A DNA stretch of 64,000 nucleotides from an uncultured Alphaproteobacteria bacterium (lineage in GTDB: Bacteria > Pseudomonadota > Alphaproteobacteria > Rs-D84): positions 203,614-267,613 of the forward strand of contig CANSHD010000002.1 of the NCBI GenBank assembly GCA_947646585.1. Reading direction: 5' to 3'. Below the pieces are notes generated by a model that made no database searches, was not told the origin of the DNA, and saw only the letters and a program-made list of their open reading frames with translations. Positions 45,418 through 56,525 of the stretch are shown in pieces (positions within the stretch are counted from its first letter, which is position 1; every line of letters starts with the position of its first letter). Made by a program: the position numbers and the translations under genes.

Positions 45418-45758
45418 TTGTATCTCCTTATTGCAAAACAAAAACCGCCAAAGGAATGGCGGTCGGGCGTTTTCAAAATCATACGATAAATGACCCTGTT
45501 GCTTTCGGTCAGGCCTATTATATAACAACAGACACCCGACCTTGCGGCCAGGCATAATCGGATTACGACGCAACACACGCCGTATCGTATGGGTTTTGAA
45601 AGACCCCGAACCCAATTCCCATTGGATTCATTTGCATTATATCAGGAATTTTGCCCGTTGTAAATACCGACGGACCAAACAAAAGGTACTCATACGGATT
45701 TTGTGGGGGGATACGGTGTACGTTGTGTATATTTTATGATTTTTTTAGTAATTCATGT

Positions 45759-45786
45759 TTGATTTTACCGGAAATCACTGTATAAT
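45759..45786 (+). promoter_or_regulatory. promoter of the element-borne tRNA-Arg
   Basis: TTGATT, 16-nt spacer, TATAAT, 17 nt before the tRNA 5' end. Confidence 0.55.
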
Positions 45787-45803
45787 TACATGCAAATCAG
45801 ATT

Positions 45804-45880
45804 GCACCCGTGGCCTAACTGGATATGGCACGTCCCTCCGAAGGACGGGGTTGCAGGTTCGAATCCTGCCGGGTGCGCCA
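45804..45880 (+). tRNA. tRNA-Arg (anticodon CCG), carried inside the element
   Basis: GCACCCG-TG-GCCT-AACTGGATA-TGGC-A-CGTCC-CTCCGAA-GGACG-GGGTT-GCAGG-TTCGAAT-CCTGC-CGGGTGC-G-CCA. Confidence 0.9.
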
Positions 45881-45912
45881 AGTTTTGTTGCGTCGGAATG
45901 CGCTGCATAAAA

Positions 45913-45937
45913 AGGTTAGCCATAGGTTGGCCACCCC
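45913..45937 (+). repeat. 25-nt direct repeat, right copy
   Basis: AGGTTAGCCATAGGTTGGCCACCCC is identical to 38323..38347. Confidence 0.85.
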
Positions 45938-46018
45938 GACAGCGGCAAAAATAAGCGCCCGCTGAAGCGTGCAGAAAACAAGGAAAAATTAGCGACTCAA
46001 ACCCGGCAAGTCCTGAAA

Positions 46019-46063
46019 CTCCGAAGGCGGAGATTACAGGTTCGAGTCCTGTTGGGTGCGCCA
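46019..46063 (+). pseudogene. 3' half of the interrupted tRNA-Arg(CCG) gene
   Basis: CTCCGAA-GGCGG-AGATT-ACAGG-TTCGAGT-CCTGT-TGGGTGC-G-CCA. GGCGG pairs with CCGCC, and TGGGTGC pairs with GCACCCA of the 5' half. Confidence 0.85.
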
Positions 46064-46067
46064 GAAT

Positions 46068-46100
46068 CAAAAAAGCCGACTTGTTGTCGGCTTTCTTTTT
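46068..46100. terminator. bidirectional intrinsic terminator
   Basis: AAAAAGCCGAC-TTGTT-GTCGGCTTTCTTTTT lies between the tRNA 3' half and the convergent ABC transporter gene. Confidence 0.7.
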
Positions 46101-47871
46101 ATTGCTTTTTAAACTGCATGTCATGCAGGGCACGATACGCCCCGCCCTCGATGGCCAGCAGCTCTTCATGAGTGCCGCATTCGACGATTTCGCCATGATT
46201 TATTACGGCAATCTTGGTCGCGTTGCGTATTGTGGACAGGCGGTGCGCAATGACGAACACCGTTTTGTCCTCCATCAGGTTTTCAATGGCTTTTTGCACG
46301 ACCGCCTCCGCCTTGTTGTCAAGGGCGGAGGTGGCCTCGTCCAGAACCAATATAGGCGCATTTTTCAAGAATGCGCGTGCGATTGCGACACGCTGTTTCT
46401 GGCCGCCGGACAACAGAATGCCGCGCTCGCCAATCTGGGTGTCGACACCGTTCGCCAATGTGGCGACAAAGTCGTCCAGGTACGCCATTTTTATTGCGCG
46501 CCACATATCCTCTTCGGTTGCATTTTCATTGCCCAGCATAATATTCTCGCGGATGGTGCCGGCGAACAGGAAATTATCCTGGAAAACGACCGCGATATTG
46601 CGACGCAATGACTTTAACGTAAAGTCGCGGATATCCGTGCCGTCAATCTTTATCGCACCGGCGGTCGGGTCATAGAAACGCGGCAGCAGGCTGACCAGCG
46701 TTGATTTGCCGCCGCCGGAATTGCCGACCAGCGCGATTGTATCCCCGCGGTTTGCGGTTAAATTTATATTCTTTAACACCGGCACGCGCGGAACATATTC
46801 GAAACACAGGTCGCAAAATTCAATCTTTTCCAATTTGCCGTCAAATTCACGGGCATTCGGACGATCTTTTATCCGCGGTTCGGCGTTCAATATGTCAAAC
46901 ACGCGGTCAATCGCCATGAACGACATAACCATCGAATTAAAGTTGCCGCCCAAGCTTTTCAGCGGCGTGTACAGCATGATAAGCGCGGTAAGGAATGAAA
47001 CAAAGCTGCCGCTGGTGATTTGGCCCGTCAAAATAAGATAAGAACCGAACCATATCGCCAGACCGATTCCGACAGACATAATCATGTGCATCAGGGGCGA
47101 GACCCAGCTGGTGCGCTGAATCATCTTGATGCGCAGCCAGAAAATATTGTCCAAAACCTTGGAAAACTTGTTCGTCTGGCACTGTTCCAGGTTGTACGAG
47201 ATAATTGTTTTGTTGCCGGCGTAAGACTCGTTATAAGCCGTTAAAATCGCCGCGTCGGCCGATATGGACTTTTTAATTACGGAATTGATTCTTTTCTTGA
47301 TGCGCGTCGCGGGCAAAAACGCAAAGACCAATATTGCGACGCAGACCAGCGCCAGCTGCCATGAATTATAGAACATAACGGCGATTAGGGATATCGAAGA
47401 GAACAAACGCTGAACGAACGTCTTTAGGTTCTTTAACAGCCCCGCGCACGCCATGTCGGCATTATTGTTAAACATAAAGATGACATCGCCGGAATTCTTG
47501 GTATTAAAGAAATTCGTGTCGAATTTCAGCATCTTTTTATACAGGTCGAATTTCAGACGGTTCGTTATTTTTGAGCCGGTCCATGTATTCAGATACGACG
47601 AGATATAGCCCAAACCGCCCTGCAAAGTGGTAAATGCGATGATAACCAACGGTATGTGCCACGATGCCTGAATGGATTTTTCAACCATGACCAAATCCAT
47701 GTACGGCTTTAACGACAATGCGATAACCGCATCCAAGGAACCGATTGGAATTGTAATCAATATCGCCAGCAGCGCGCGGAACCAATATGGCTTAACATAC
47801 GGCCACATGCGCCGATAATTAAAAACAAACGGATTATTAACTATTTTGTTTAAGCAGTCTTTGGCTGTCAT
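46099..47871 (-). CDS. ABC exporter, fused permease/ATPase (MsbA-like)
   Basis: 590 aa with six N-terminal TM helices. Walker A GNSGGGKST, signature LSGGQKQR, Walker B ILVLDEATSALD. Confidence 0.9.
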   Translation of the reverse strand: MTAKDCLNKIVNNPFVFNYRRMWPYVKPYWFRALLAILITIPIGSLDAVIALSLKPYMDLVMVEKSIQASWHIPLVIIAFTTLQGGLGYISSYLNTWTGSKITNRLKFDLYKKMLKFDTNFFNTKNSGDVIFMFNNNADMACAGLLKNLKTFVQRLFSSISLIAVMFYNSWQLALVCVAILVFAFLPATRIKKRINSVIKKSISADAAILTAYNESYAGNKTIISYNLEQCQTNKFSKVLDNIFWLRIKMIQRTSWVSPLMHMIMSVGIGLAIWFGSYLILTGQITSGSFVSFLTALIMLYTPLKSLGGNFNSMVMSFMAIDRVFDILNAEPRIKDRPNAREFDGKLEKIEFCDLCFEYVPRVPVLKNINLTANRGDTIALVGNSGGGKSTLVSLLPRFYDPTAGAIKIDGTDIRDFTLKSLRRNIAVVFQDNFLFAGTIRENIMLGNENATEEDMWRAIKMAYLDDFVATLANGVDTQIGERGILLSGGQKQRVAIARAFLKNAPILVLDEATSALDNKAEAVVQKAIENLMEDKTVFVIAHRLSTIRNATKIAVINHGEIVECGTHEELLAIEGGAYRALHDMQFKKQ

Positions 47872-47996
47872 TATATTCCCTTGTCAACAGGGACTACCAT
47901 AATCCAAGCATCAGGAATTGGCAAGTATTAAATGCTTGTTTTAAGCGGCCTGTTTGGTGTACAATAAAAGCCTCACACGACAGGGATACGATTATC

Positions 47997-48470
47997 ATGC
48001 GAAACACAATCTTTTTAACGGCGGCCGCAATATTTCTGGCCGGCTGCAACAGTATATATGTGAAACCCGGCACAATGACACCGGCCGAGACCGTATATGC
48101 CGACCGCGGCGGATATACAATGCGGCGCAGCATCAAAATAGAGCTGGAACGCCGCGGATACAACGTCGTTGTCGGCAAGGCGATAAGCAACCGGAATTGG
48201 TCCGACGGTGGCGATGATTTGGAAATTGAAACCAGCAAGGTTCCAAATCAGGCACGTTATTACATAAAGGTCAACGAGCGCAGCGAAAAGTTCCGGCCGA
48301 TTTGGTGCGCACTGAACGGCGTGTGGTGGTGGAACTTTAACGTTTCAATCGCCGACCAGAGTACCGGCAAAGAGCTGATGACGTGGCGCGGTCGCGGTTG
48401 TGCGGACAGTTCCATGCGTCTGTTGCGGCGAACACTGGACAAAATGGAGAGACAGAATGAACAACAATGA
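47997..48470 (+). CDS. hypothetical lipoprotein
   Basis: MRNTIFLTAAAIFLAGCNS has a lipobox. Confidence 0.6.
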   Translation: MRNTIFLTAAAIFLAGCNSIYVKPGTMTPAETVYADRGGYTMRRSIKIELERRGYNVVVGKAISNRNWSDGGDDLEIETSKVPNQARYYIKVNERSEKFRPIWCALNGVWWWNFNVSIADQSTGKELMTWRGRGCADSSMRLLRRTLDKMERQNEQQ

Positions 48471-48876
48471 CGCCGCCCCTATTCTGGCGGTAATAAACGC
48501 ATGCGAGGCGGTTATACTGGCCACATGCGACGGCAAACACCCCGATATGCGCCACGTCACAAATGCGATGAATATCGGCACGACAGAACTTAATTTGTTC
48601 TTTATGACATCGCGCGACACACCAAAATACGGGCAAATTCGCAACAATTCCGAATGCACATTATACTATTTTGACGACAAGACGCGGCATGCCGTGCGCC
48701 TGTACGGGAAAATTGAATTTGTCGAGGACGCGGATGTACGACGCGTACACTGGCGGCCGGAGTTTTCAAAATTCGGCTATGGCGGGCCGGAAAGCCTGGA
48801 TTTTATACTGATGCGCTTTGTGCCGGAACGCTATAAATATTATATCGGACCGGAAATAAAAACCGGAAAAATATAA
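48457..48876 (+). CDS. pyridoxamine 5'-phosphate oxidase-like FMN-binding protein
   Basis: Start set at ATG 48457 (GGAGAG RBS). The pattern ...ILATCDGKHPDMRHV...LFFMTSRDTPKYGQIRNNSECTLYYFD... is PNPOx-split-barrel-like. Confidence 0.65.
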   Translation: MNNNDAAPILAVINACEAVILATCDGKHPDMRHVTNAMNIGTTELNLFFMTSRDTPKYGQIRNNSECTLYYFDDKTRHAVRLYGKIEFVEDADVRRVHWRPEFSKFGYGGPESLDFILMRFVPERYKYYIGPEIKTGKI

Positions 48877-48877
48877 G

Positions 48878-48901
48878 AATCCCCGCAAGGGGATTTTTTT
48901 A
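48878..48901 (+). terminator. intrinsic terminator
   Basis: AATCCCC-GCAA-GGGGATTTTTTT. Confidence 0.75.
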
Positions 48902-48977
48902 TGGCAAGGCAAATAGAATTAAATACCCAGAAAATACTATATTTAAAGTAATTTCAAATAAATAAGGAGTAAATTCA

Positions 48978-49098
48978 TATGCCTAATTGAATTGAACGTT
49001 TTCATTAGAGACATTCTTTGAGAAAATTTTAGCCCAGAAATCCGCCCCATGTCAACAGCAAAATCTGCCTAATCCAAACGTTCCTTTTCATTAGGCAG
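48978..49098 (+). promoter_or_regulatory. two copies of the TGCCTAAT...ATTAGGCA-type element upstream of P5
   Basis: TATGCCTAATTGAATTGAACGTTTTCATTAG (48978..) is near-identical to the P1 upstream element. CTGCCTAAT-N16-ATTAGGCAG forms a 9-bp inverted repeat at 49065..49098. Confidence 0.5.
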
Positions 49099-49116
49099 AG
49101 TGTATTGGGGGAAAAT

Positions 49117-49797
49117 ATGAAAAAATGCCTAATTTCAACACTGGTAATATTTGGCGGATTATACGCATCGCCTTGTAATGCCGCATTATCTTTACAGATG
49201 TGTCCTGGAACTTCAATCTCCGTTGGAACAAAATGCTCTGCAATCCCAGACATGTTAAACTATTTTATCATAATGCCCGACTGTATGGATCGGCCAACTG
49301 GTCAAATGAAAAATACTTGTAAAACTTATTTATGTGATGGTCATTGCGAATGCAGAACGACACCATGTACAACTTTAATCGATCCAGACCCTATTCTCTT
49401 ATGTGATGCAAGTTGCTTTACCAATATAACATGGGAAACCTCTGCTTTTTCCGGGGTTCAAACAGGCACCCCAACAATTTCTGTAAGCAGCAATTGTACT
49501 AACTGCCCCGACAAATTGTACAGATGTCGCAGCGGATATTATACAACCGACGTATTTGCCACACTGGGGGTGCCGGACGGAACGACAAGCAGCTCAAAAC
49601 TTACTTGCACAGAGTGTCCGGCGGCCGCCGATGAAAAGACAGACGACGACGGTCCGATCATTATCGGCGCCCCGTCATATGTTGCATCCGCTGCGGGTTT
49701 GCCTTCTTTGACCGATTGCTATATCAAATCCGGCGCATCTATTACAAATGATGTCGGAACATATGAATATACCGCGGATTGCAAGTACACGAACTGA
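49117..49797 (+). CDS. secreted cysteine-rich protein, family member P5
   Basis: Start set at ATG 49117 (MKKCLISTLVIFGGLYASPCNA). C-terminus is CTECPAAADEK...LPSLTDCYIKSGASITNDVGTYEYTADCKYTN. Confidence 0.75.
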   Translation: MKKCLISTLVIFGGLYASPCNAALSLQMCPGTSISVGTKCSAIPDMLNYFIIMPDCMDRPTGQMKNTCKTYLCDGHCECRTTPCTTLIDPDPILLCDASCFTNITWETSAFSGVQTGTPTISVSSNCTNCPDKLYRCRSGYYTTDVFATLGVPDGTTSSSKLTCTECPAAADEKTDDDGPIIIGAPSYVASAAGLPSLTDCYIKSGASITNDVGTYEYTADCKYTN

Positions 49798-49812
49798 GTT
49801 CCCCCAAGAAAA

Positions 49813-49846
49813 AACACCGCCGGAAAATTCCGGCGGTGTTTTTTTA
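49813..49846. terminator. bidirectional intrinsic terminator
   Basis: AACACCGCCGG-AAAATT-CCGGCGGTGTTTTTTT. Confidence 0.75.
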
Positions 49847-49855
49847 TTCCCATTA

Positions 49856-50479
49856 TTAGTCTTTGTTTGTGTATTCGCAGAAACCTTCGCTGGTGTCGCA
49901 ACGGGATACGATGCCTTCGCTGATGAAATAGCCCTGCGGATGCAGACATGCGGGACATACCTGCGGAGCCTCGGTTCCAATATGCCAATTGCCACAGTTT
50001 GTGCAGCGCCACATGACAATTTTATCAGATTTGAACAATGTGCCGTTTTCTATGGCCTCCGCCAATGCGCGGAAACGGGATTCGTGATAACGTTCGGCAT
50101 AGCCGATGTTTTTCAAAACCTCTGCAATTGCAGGGAAACCTTCCTGGGCCGCAATCTGGGCGAATTTCGGATACATATCGGTGTTTTCTTCGTGTTCACC
50201 GTATGCCGCCGCCTTTAAATTTTCCAGCGTGTCGCCAATTTTACCGGCCGGGAAAGACGCCGTTATTTCCAAATCGCCGCCCTCCAAGAATTTGAACAGA
50301 CGAGACGCGTGTTCCTTTTCCTGGTCCGCGGTTTCCAGAAAGATTTTCGAAATTGCCTGAAAACCTTCATTCTTTGCCTTGGACGCAAAGAATGTATAAC
50401 GATTGCGCGCCTGGGATTCGCCGGCAAATGCAATCATCAGATTCTTTTCGGTTTGTGTTCCTTTTAAGGATACTGTCAT
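49856..50479 (-). CDS. rbr: rubrerythrin
   Basis: GTQTEKNLMIAFAGESQARNRY diiron domain and C-terminal rubredoxin-like CTNCG...CPAC. Confidence 0.9.
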   Translation of the reverse strand: MTVSLKGTQTEKNLMIAFAGESQARNRYTFFASKAKNEGFQAISKIFLETADQEKEHASRLFKFLEGGDLEITASFPAGKIGDTLENLKAAAYGEHEENTDMYPKFAQIAAQEGFPAIAEVLKNIGYAERYHESRFRALAEAIENGTLFKSDKIVMWRCTNCGNWHIGTEAPQVCPACLHPQGYFISEGIVSRCDTSEGFCEYTNKD

Positions 50480-50545
50480 GATTTTTCTCCTTTGTGGTTA
50501 TTAACTGCAAAAATACTAGCAGAGGCGCACAGAAAAATCAAAAAT

Positions 50546-52430
<1,885 letters not shown>

Positions 52431-52463
52431 TTTGTTTATAATTAACGTAGAAAAGGCAAAAAA

Positions 52464-52694
52464 ATGTTTGGAAAAGTAAAAAAAGTATTCTTTACGGGTA
52501 TATTCGGTATTTTGTATGTATCTTTTGTGGCACAGCTGGTTTACGTGCTGGGCTGGGTTCCGGGGATTGAAGGCAAATTGAGCTGGCTGGGGGCGCTGTC
52601 CCTGGAATGGCTGGTCCTGATTGCGGCCCGCTATCTGTCAAAGCGCAGCAGCACCGGCGCACAGTACAACGGTTACAACAATCGTCGCCGTTAA
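52464..52694 (+). CDS. small hydrophobic protein (76 aa)
   Basis: Two predicted TM helices, followed by a hairpin plus T-run at about 52721..52746. The RBS is weak. Confidence 0.4.
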   Translation: MFGKVKKVFFTGIFGILYVSFVAQLVYVLGWVPGIEGKLSWLGALSLEWLVLIAARYLSKRSSTGAQYNGYNNRRR

Positions 52695-52779
52695 TAAAAT
52701 CCGATGATGCAACCGTTGAAAATCCTCCCATGAGGGGGATTTTTTATTGCCTTGAAAAATTATAAAAAAACTTTATATT

Positions 52780-54546
52780 ATGAACACCATGAAAGAATAT
52801 ATACTTCCGTTTAGAGATTTGGTTGTTCATCCGGGCCTGACAGTGCCCGTTTATATCGACAATCCGATGTCGGTCGCATGCATAGAGGCGGCAATGGAAT
52901 CCAACCGCCGCCTGGTTCTGGCGGCCCAGCACAGCTGGGGGTATCCGACGACGGCCGGCGACCTGTTTGACATCGGCACCATTGGCGATATCGCCCAGGT
53001 TCTGCGCATGCCGGACGGGGCGATTCACGCGATAATCCGCACCACCGACGCGGTCGAATTGCACGACATAACCGTGACGGACAATCTGTTCACGGCCGAG
53101 GTGACACCGATTGAACATATTAACGACGCCGAATCCGAGCAGACAATCGCCCTGCGCGACAGAATCGCGGAAAACCTGCAGGCGCTGGCGTCACGCTTTA
53201 AACTCAAAATAGACAAACTGCGCAACATTATTCAAAATTATCCGCTGCCGGCGTTTGTCGACGCGGTGATTCAGATGGCGGATATTGAAACGGACGCTGC
53301 CGTCGCCATCCTGCGCGCCGCATCGTGGCGGGACAAACTGGTGCTGTTGCTGGAACAGGTTAATCTGATGGCGGAAACCGCAAAGATAGAAGACTCCATC
53401 AACCGCCGCATTCATCAGCAGATGGAATCCGGCCGTCGCGAGGCGATTTTACAGGAAAAGATGCGCGCCATTCAAAAGGAAATGGGCGACGATGCCGAAG
53501 AGATGGACGCCGAAAACATGCGGCGCCGGATTGAGAAATCCCCACTGCCGGCCGAGGCGCGCGAAAAGGCGATGTCCGAATGGCGCAGAATGCGCTCCAT
53601 GGCACCGATGTCAAACGACGGCGCACTGTTAAAGGCGTATCTGGACGAACTGCTGGCGATGCCGTGGGCAAAGACGCCGCCGGCAAAAATCGACCTGAAT
53701 GCGGCGCGTGAAACCCTGAACGCCCAGCATTCCGGCATGACGCCCATCAAAGAACGCATACTGGAACACATTGCCGTTATGAAAAAGACCGGCAGCAACC
53801 GCGGCAGCATATTGTGCTTTGTCGGCGCGCCGGGTGTTGGCAAAACGTCGCTGTGCAAATCCATTGCGGACGCCCTGGGGCGCAAGTATCAGCGCATTTC
53901 ACTGGGCGGCATTTCGGACGAGGCGCATTTCCGCGGCCACCGCAAGACATATATCGGCGCACAGCCCGGGCGCATTATGGACGCGTTAAAGCGCAGCCAT
54001 ACAAACAATCCGGTAATCGTTCTGGACGAGATTGACAAAATGGGCCGCGACTGGCGCGGCGACCCGGAGGCGGCGCTGCTGGAAATAATGGACCCGGAAC
54101 AGAACAAGACTTTCCGCGACCATTATCTGGAGGTTGACTTCGACCTGTCGAACGTTTTGTTTATCGCAACGGCAAACAGCTTAAACATGTCGGGCGCATT
54201 AAAAGACCGAATGGAAATAATCGAAATTCCCGGATACGACGAGGCGGACAAGGTTCGCATTGCGCGCGAGCATCTGATAAAGCGCGCCGCGGCCGACACC
54301 GGATGGGACACGGAAAACATTATAATCGACGACGATGCCGTGCGCCACATTATACAAAACTATACGTCCGAGCAAGGCGTGCGCCAGCTGCAGCGTGAAT
54401 TAACCGCGATGCTGCGCCGCGCGCTGTTGGAAAATGACGGCGACGACGTGCGCACCGAATTTACATCGGAAAAGATTGACAAGCTGCTGTCGATACGCAA
54501 GGCGGCCGGCATGTCAAAACGCATCGGCTTTGGCGCCGCGGCATAA
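52780..54546 (+). CDS. Lon-like protein: LON N-domain plus AAA+ module, no S16 protease domain
   Basis: N-terminus is ILPFRDLVVHPGLTVPVYI. AAA+ region has GAPGVGKTSLCKSIA, VIVLDEIDKM and DRMEIIEIPGY. The ORF stops at 588 aa, where canonical Lon continues into the Ser-Lys protease domain. Confidence 0.8.
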   Translation: MNTMKEYILPFRDLVVHPGLTVPVYIDNPMSVACIEAAMESNRRLVLAAQHSWGYPTTAGDLFDIGTIGDIAQVLRMPDGAIHAIIRTTDAVELHDITVTDNLFTAEVTPIEHINDAESEQTIALRDRIAENLQALASRFKLKIDKLRNIIQNYPLPAFVDAVIQMADIETDAAVAILRAASWRDKLVLLLEQVNLMAETAKIEDSINRRIHQQMESGRREAILQEKMRAIQKEMGDDAEEMDAENMRRRIEKSPLPAEAREKAMSEWRRMRSMAPMSNDGALLKAYLDELLAMPWAKTPPAKIDLNAARETLNAQHSGMTPIKERILEHIAVMKKTGSNRGSILCFVGAPGVGKTSLCKSIADALGRKYQRISLGGISDEAHFRGHRKTYIGAQPGRIMDALKRSHTNNPVIVLDEIDKMGRDWRGDPEAALLEIMDPEQNKTFRDHYLEVDFDLSNVLFIATANSLNMSGALKDRMEIIEIPGYDEADKVRIAREHLIKRAAADTGWDTENIIIDDDAVRHIIQNYTSEQGVRQLQRELTAMLRRALLENDGDDVRTEFTSEKIDKLLSIRKAAGMSKRIGFGAAA

Positions 54547-54566
54547 CCCAAACAAAGAGACAAAAA

Positions 54567-54842
54567 ATGAATATTCTGCAGACATACAAGTTTTTCCAAG
54601 AAATCAAAAACGCCACCGCCAGCCCCTCTTTTAACGTCGGCCCGCTTCATGAAAGCTATACTTTGGAAACGACAGGGTATACGTTTGTAACAGAGGCGTC
54701 ATATCCCCATTACCACATGGAAAAGCCAACCCAGTATGATTTTACCGCCTATAACAAATCAACAAACCATACATTGCATCGCGGCGGAATGCTGGCGAAA
54801 ATTATTTTCATGCAAATGTCCAAGAAAGCCCAACAAAAATAA
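54567..54842 (+). CDS. hypothetical protein
   Basis: 91-aa ORF between the lon-like gene and tsaB. Weak RBS and no family recognised. Confidence 0.35.
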   Translation: MNILQTYKFFQEIKNATASPSFNVGPLHESYTLETTGYTFVTEASYPHYHMEKPTQYDFTAYNKSTNHTLHRGGMLAKIIFMQMSKKAQQK

Positions 54843-54853
54843 AGTCTGCGAAA

Positions 54854-55405
54854 ATGATTCTTGTAATAAACACATCCGGGGCGGGAATTGAATTCGCACT
54901 TGACGGGCGGCACAAAAGCGTGCCGACGGAAAAGCAATCGGTCGCCCTGCCGGCGGAATGTGAAAAATTCCTGGCCGAATGCGGCGCAAAATGGAGCGAT
55001 TTAAGTGCAATCGGCGTTGTCGTCGGCCCGGGCAGTTTTACGGGCGTGCGCCTGGGCATCGCATATGCAAAGGGGCTGGGCCTGGGGCTGAATATACCGG
55101 TTGTGGGAATAAACGCGTTTGAACTGTATCTGGCCGCGACGCCCGACGCATTTGTCGCAATTGAATCCGGACGCGGCGATTTCTTTGTCGCATCGCCCAT
55201 AACGGCGCCCCAGACAATGTCCATAGACGAATTGGAAACGCGCCAGATGGAATGCCCGCGGACCGTCGGGCACATGCCGTTTGACATAACGCTGGGAGCG
55301 AAAATAGTCCGCGCAAAATTGGACGCGGGCGATACAGCGCCCGCGGTGCCGATGTATCTGCGCCCCAGCTATGCCGAAGAGAATAAAAAATGCTGCAACA
55401 ACTAG
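54854..55405 (+). CDS. tsaB: tRNA threonylcarbamoyladenosine biosynthesis protein TsaB
   Basis: MILVINTSG... and GPGSFTGVRLGIAYAKGL. Confidence 0.85.
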   Translation: MILVINTSGAGIEFALDGRHKSVPTEKQSVALPAECEKFLAECGAKWSDLSAIGVVVGPGSFTGVRLGIAYAKGLGLGLNIPVVGINAFELYLAATPDAFVAIESGRGDFFVASPITAPQTMSIDELETRQMECPRTVGHMPFDITLGAKIVRAKLDAGDTAPAVPMYLRPSYAEENKKCCNN

Positions 55406-55776
55406 AAAGGCTGCATGCGGCATGCTTTCCGCATAAACCGTGGTCGGCGTCCGATTTTATGGATTTAAAAAAATCCGGGTGCGACATTATCGCCAGTGAA
55501 AACGGATTTATCGTATATCGCGTTGTCGCGGACGAGGCCGAGATTATCACAATCGGCGTCGCGCCGGACGCACGGCGCGGCGGGGTTGCGGCGGCAATGC
55601 TGGCGATTGCGGAGCAGGATGCCAAAAAACGCGGCGCCGCAAAAATGTTTTTAGAGGTGGCCACCGACAACACCGCGGCACGCGCGCTGTACTGCTCTGC
55701 GGGATATGCAGAGGTTGGCGTACGCCCCAAATATTATGACGGCGTTGACGCAATCCTGATGGCACGACAATTATAA
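55390..55776 (+). CDS. rimI: ribosomal-protein-alanine N-acetyltransferase (GNAT)
   Basis: GVAPDARRGGVAAAML GNAT motif A, with conserved tsaB-rimI adjacency. Confidence 0.8.
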   Translation: MLQQLERLHAACFPHKPWSASDFMDLKKSGCDIIASENGFIVYRVVADEAEIITIGVAPDARRGGVAAAMLAIAEQDAKKRGAAKMFLEVATDNTAARALYCSAGYAEVGVRPKYYDGVDAILMARQL

Positions 55777-56525
55777 TGAACAAGAAAACGGTGGCATCTG
55801 ACAATAACTTTCACAGCGGGCACCGCGAACGGTTGCGCCAGAAGTTTTTGGACGACAAAATCACAGATTACGAATTTTTGGAGTTGCTGCTGTCGTTTGT
55901 AATTCCGCGGCGCGACGTGCGCCCGATGGCACGCGGGCTGATTCAGAAATACAGCGGCCTGCACCAGATTTGCAGTCTGCCGATTGAAACACTGATGGAA
56001 TATCCGGGATTGGGCCGAAATACGGCGATATTTTTAAAGGCTTTGCGCCATGCAATGCTGACCGAATATCGCGAGCATTTGGACAAGCGCCAGGTATTTC
56101 GAACATTGCCGGTGCTGACGAATTACTGTCTGACGCTGCTGGGCGGGAAAGACATTGAAGAATTTCATGTACTGTATCTGGACCATGAACACAAATTGCT
56201 GTTGGACGAGACGCACAGTGTCGGCACAATCGACTGGTCGGCGGTTTATCCGCGCGAAATCGCACGACAGGCGCTGAATATAAACGCGCGCAGCATCATA
56301 ATGCTGCACAATCATCCGACGGCCGGCGTGCCGTTTTCCAGCCAGGATATCGCCATAACAACATTGACACAGGACATGCTGGAACCGTTGGGGATAGAGC
56401 TGTTCGACCATTTTCTGGTTACCGGCGGCCAGGTTTTATCCGCCCGCAACAGCCAGCTGTTAAACCGCAGCCAGACTAGCCGCGGACAGAATTCACAAAA
56501 TCAAGAACACGCGGGTCAAAAATAA
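55776..56525 (+). CDS. radC: RadC-family JAB-domain protein
   Basis: GHRERLRQKF N-terminus and the JAMM motif HNHPTAG. Confidence 0.85.
   Translation: MNKKTVASDNNFHSGHRERLRQKFLDDKITDYEFLELLLSFVIPRRDVRPMARGLIQKYSGLHQICSLPIETLMEYPGLGRNTAIFLKALRHAMLTEYREHLDKRQVFRTLPVLTNYCLTLLGGKDIEEFHVLYLDHEHKLLLDETHSVGTIDWSAVYPREIARQALNINARSIIMLHNHPTAGVPFSSQDIAITTLTQDMLEPLGIELFDHFLVTGGQVLSARNSQLLNRSQTSRGQNSQNQEHAGQK

Larger units (their letters stand above)
38203..46018 (+). mobile_element. 7.8-kb integrative element inserted in the tRNA-Arg(CCG) anticodon loop
   Basis: Flanked by the 7-nt direct repeat CTCCGAA (38196..38202 and 46019..46025). Contains a tyrosine integrase, an Xis-like HTH, a primase-helicase, cargo genes and its own tRNA-Arg. 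Confidence 0.8.

Noticed and set aside
38164-46063. Split tRNA genes expressed as separate halves and joined in trans, as in some archaea
   Set aside because: The interrupting DNA has an integrase, a flanking 7-nt direct repeat and its own replacement tRNA. Insertional disruption is the simpler explanation.
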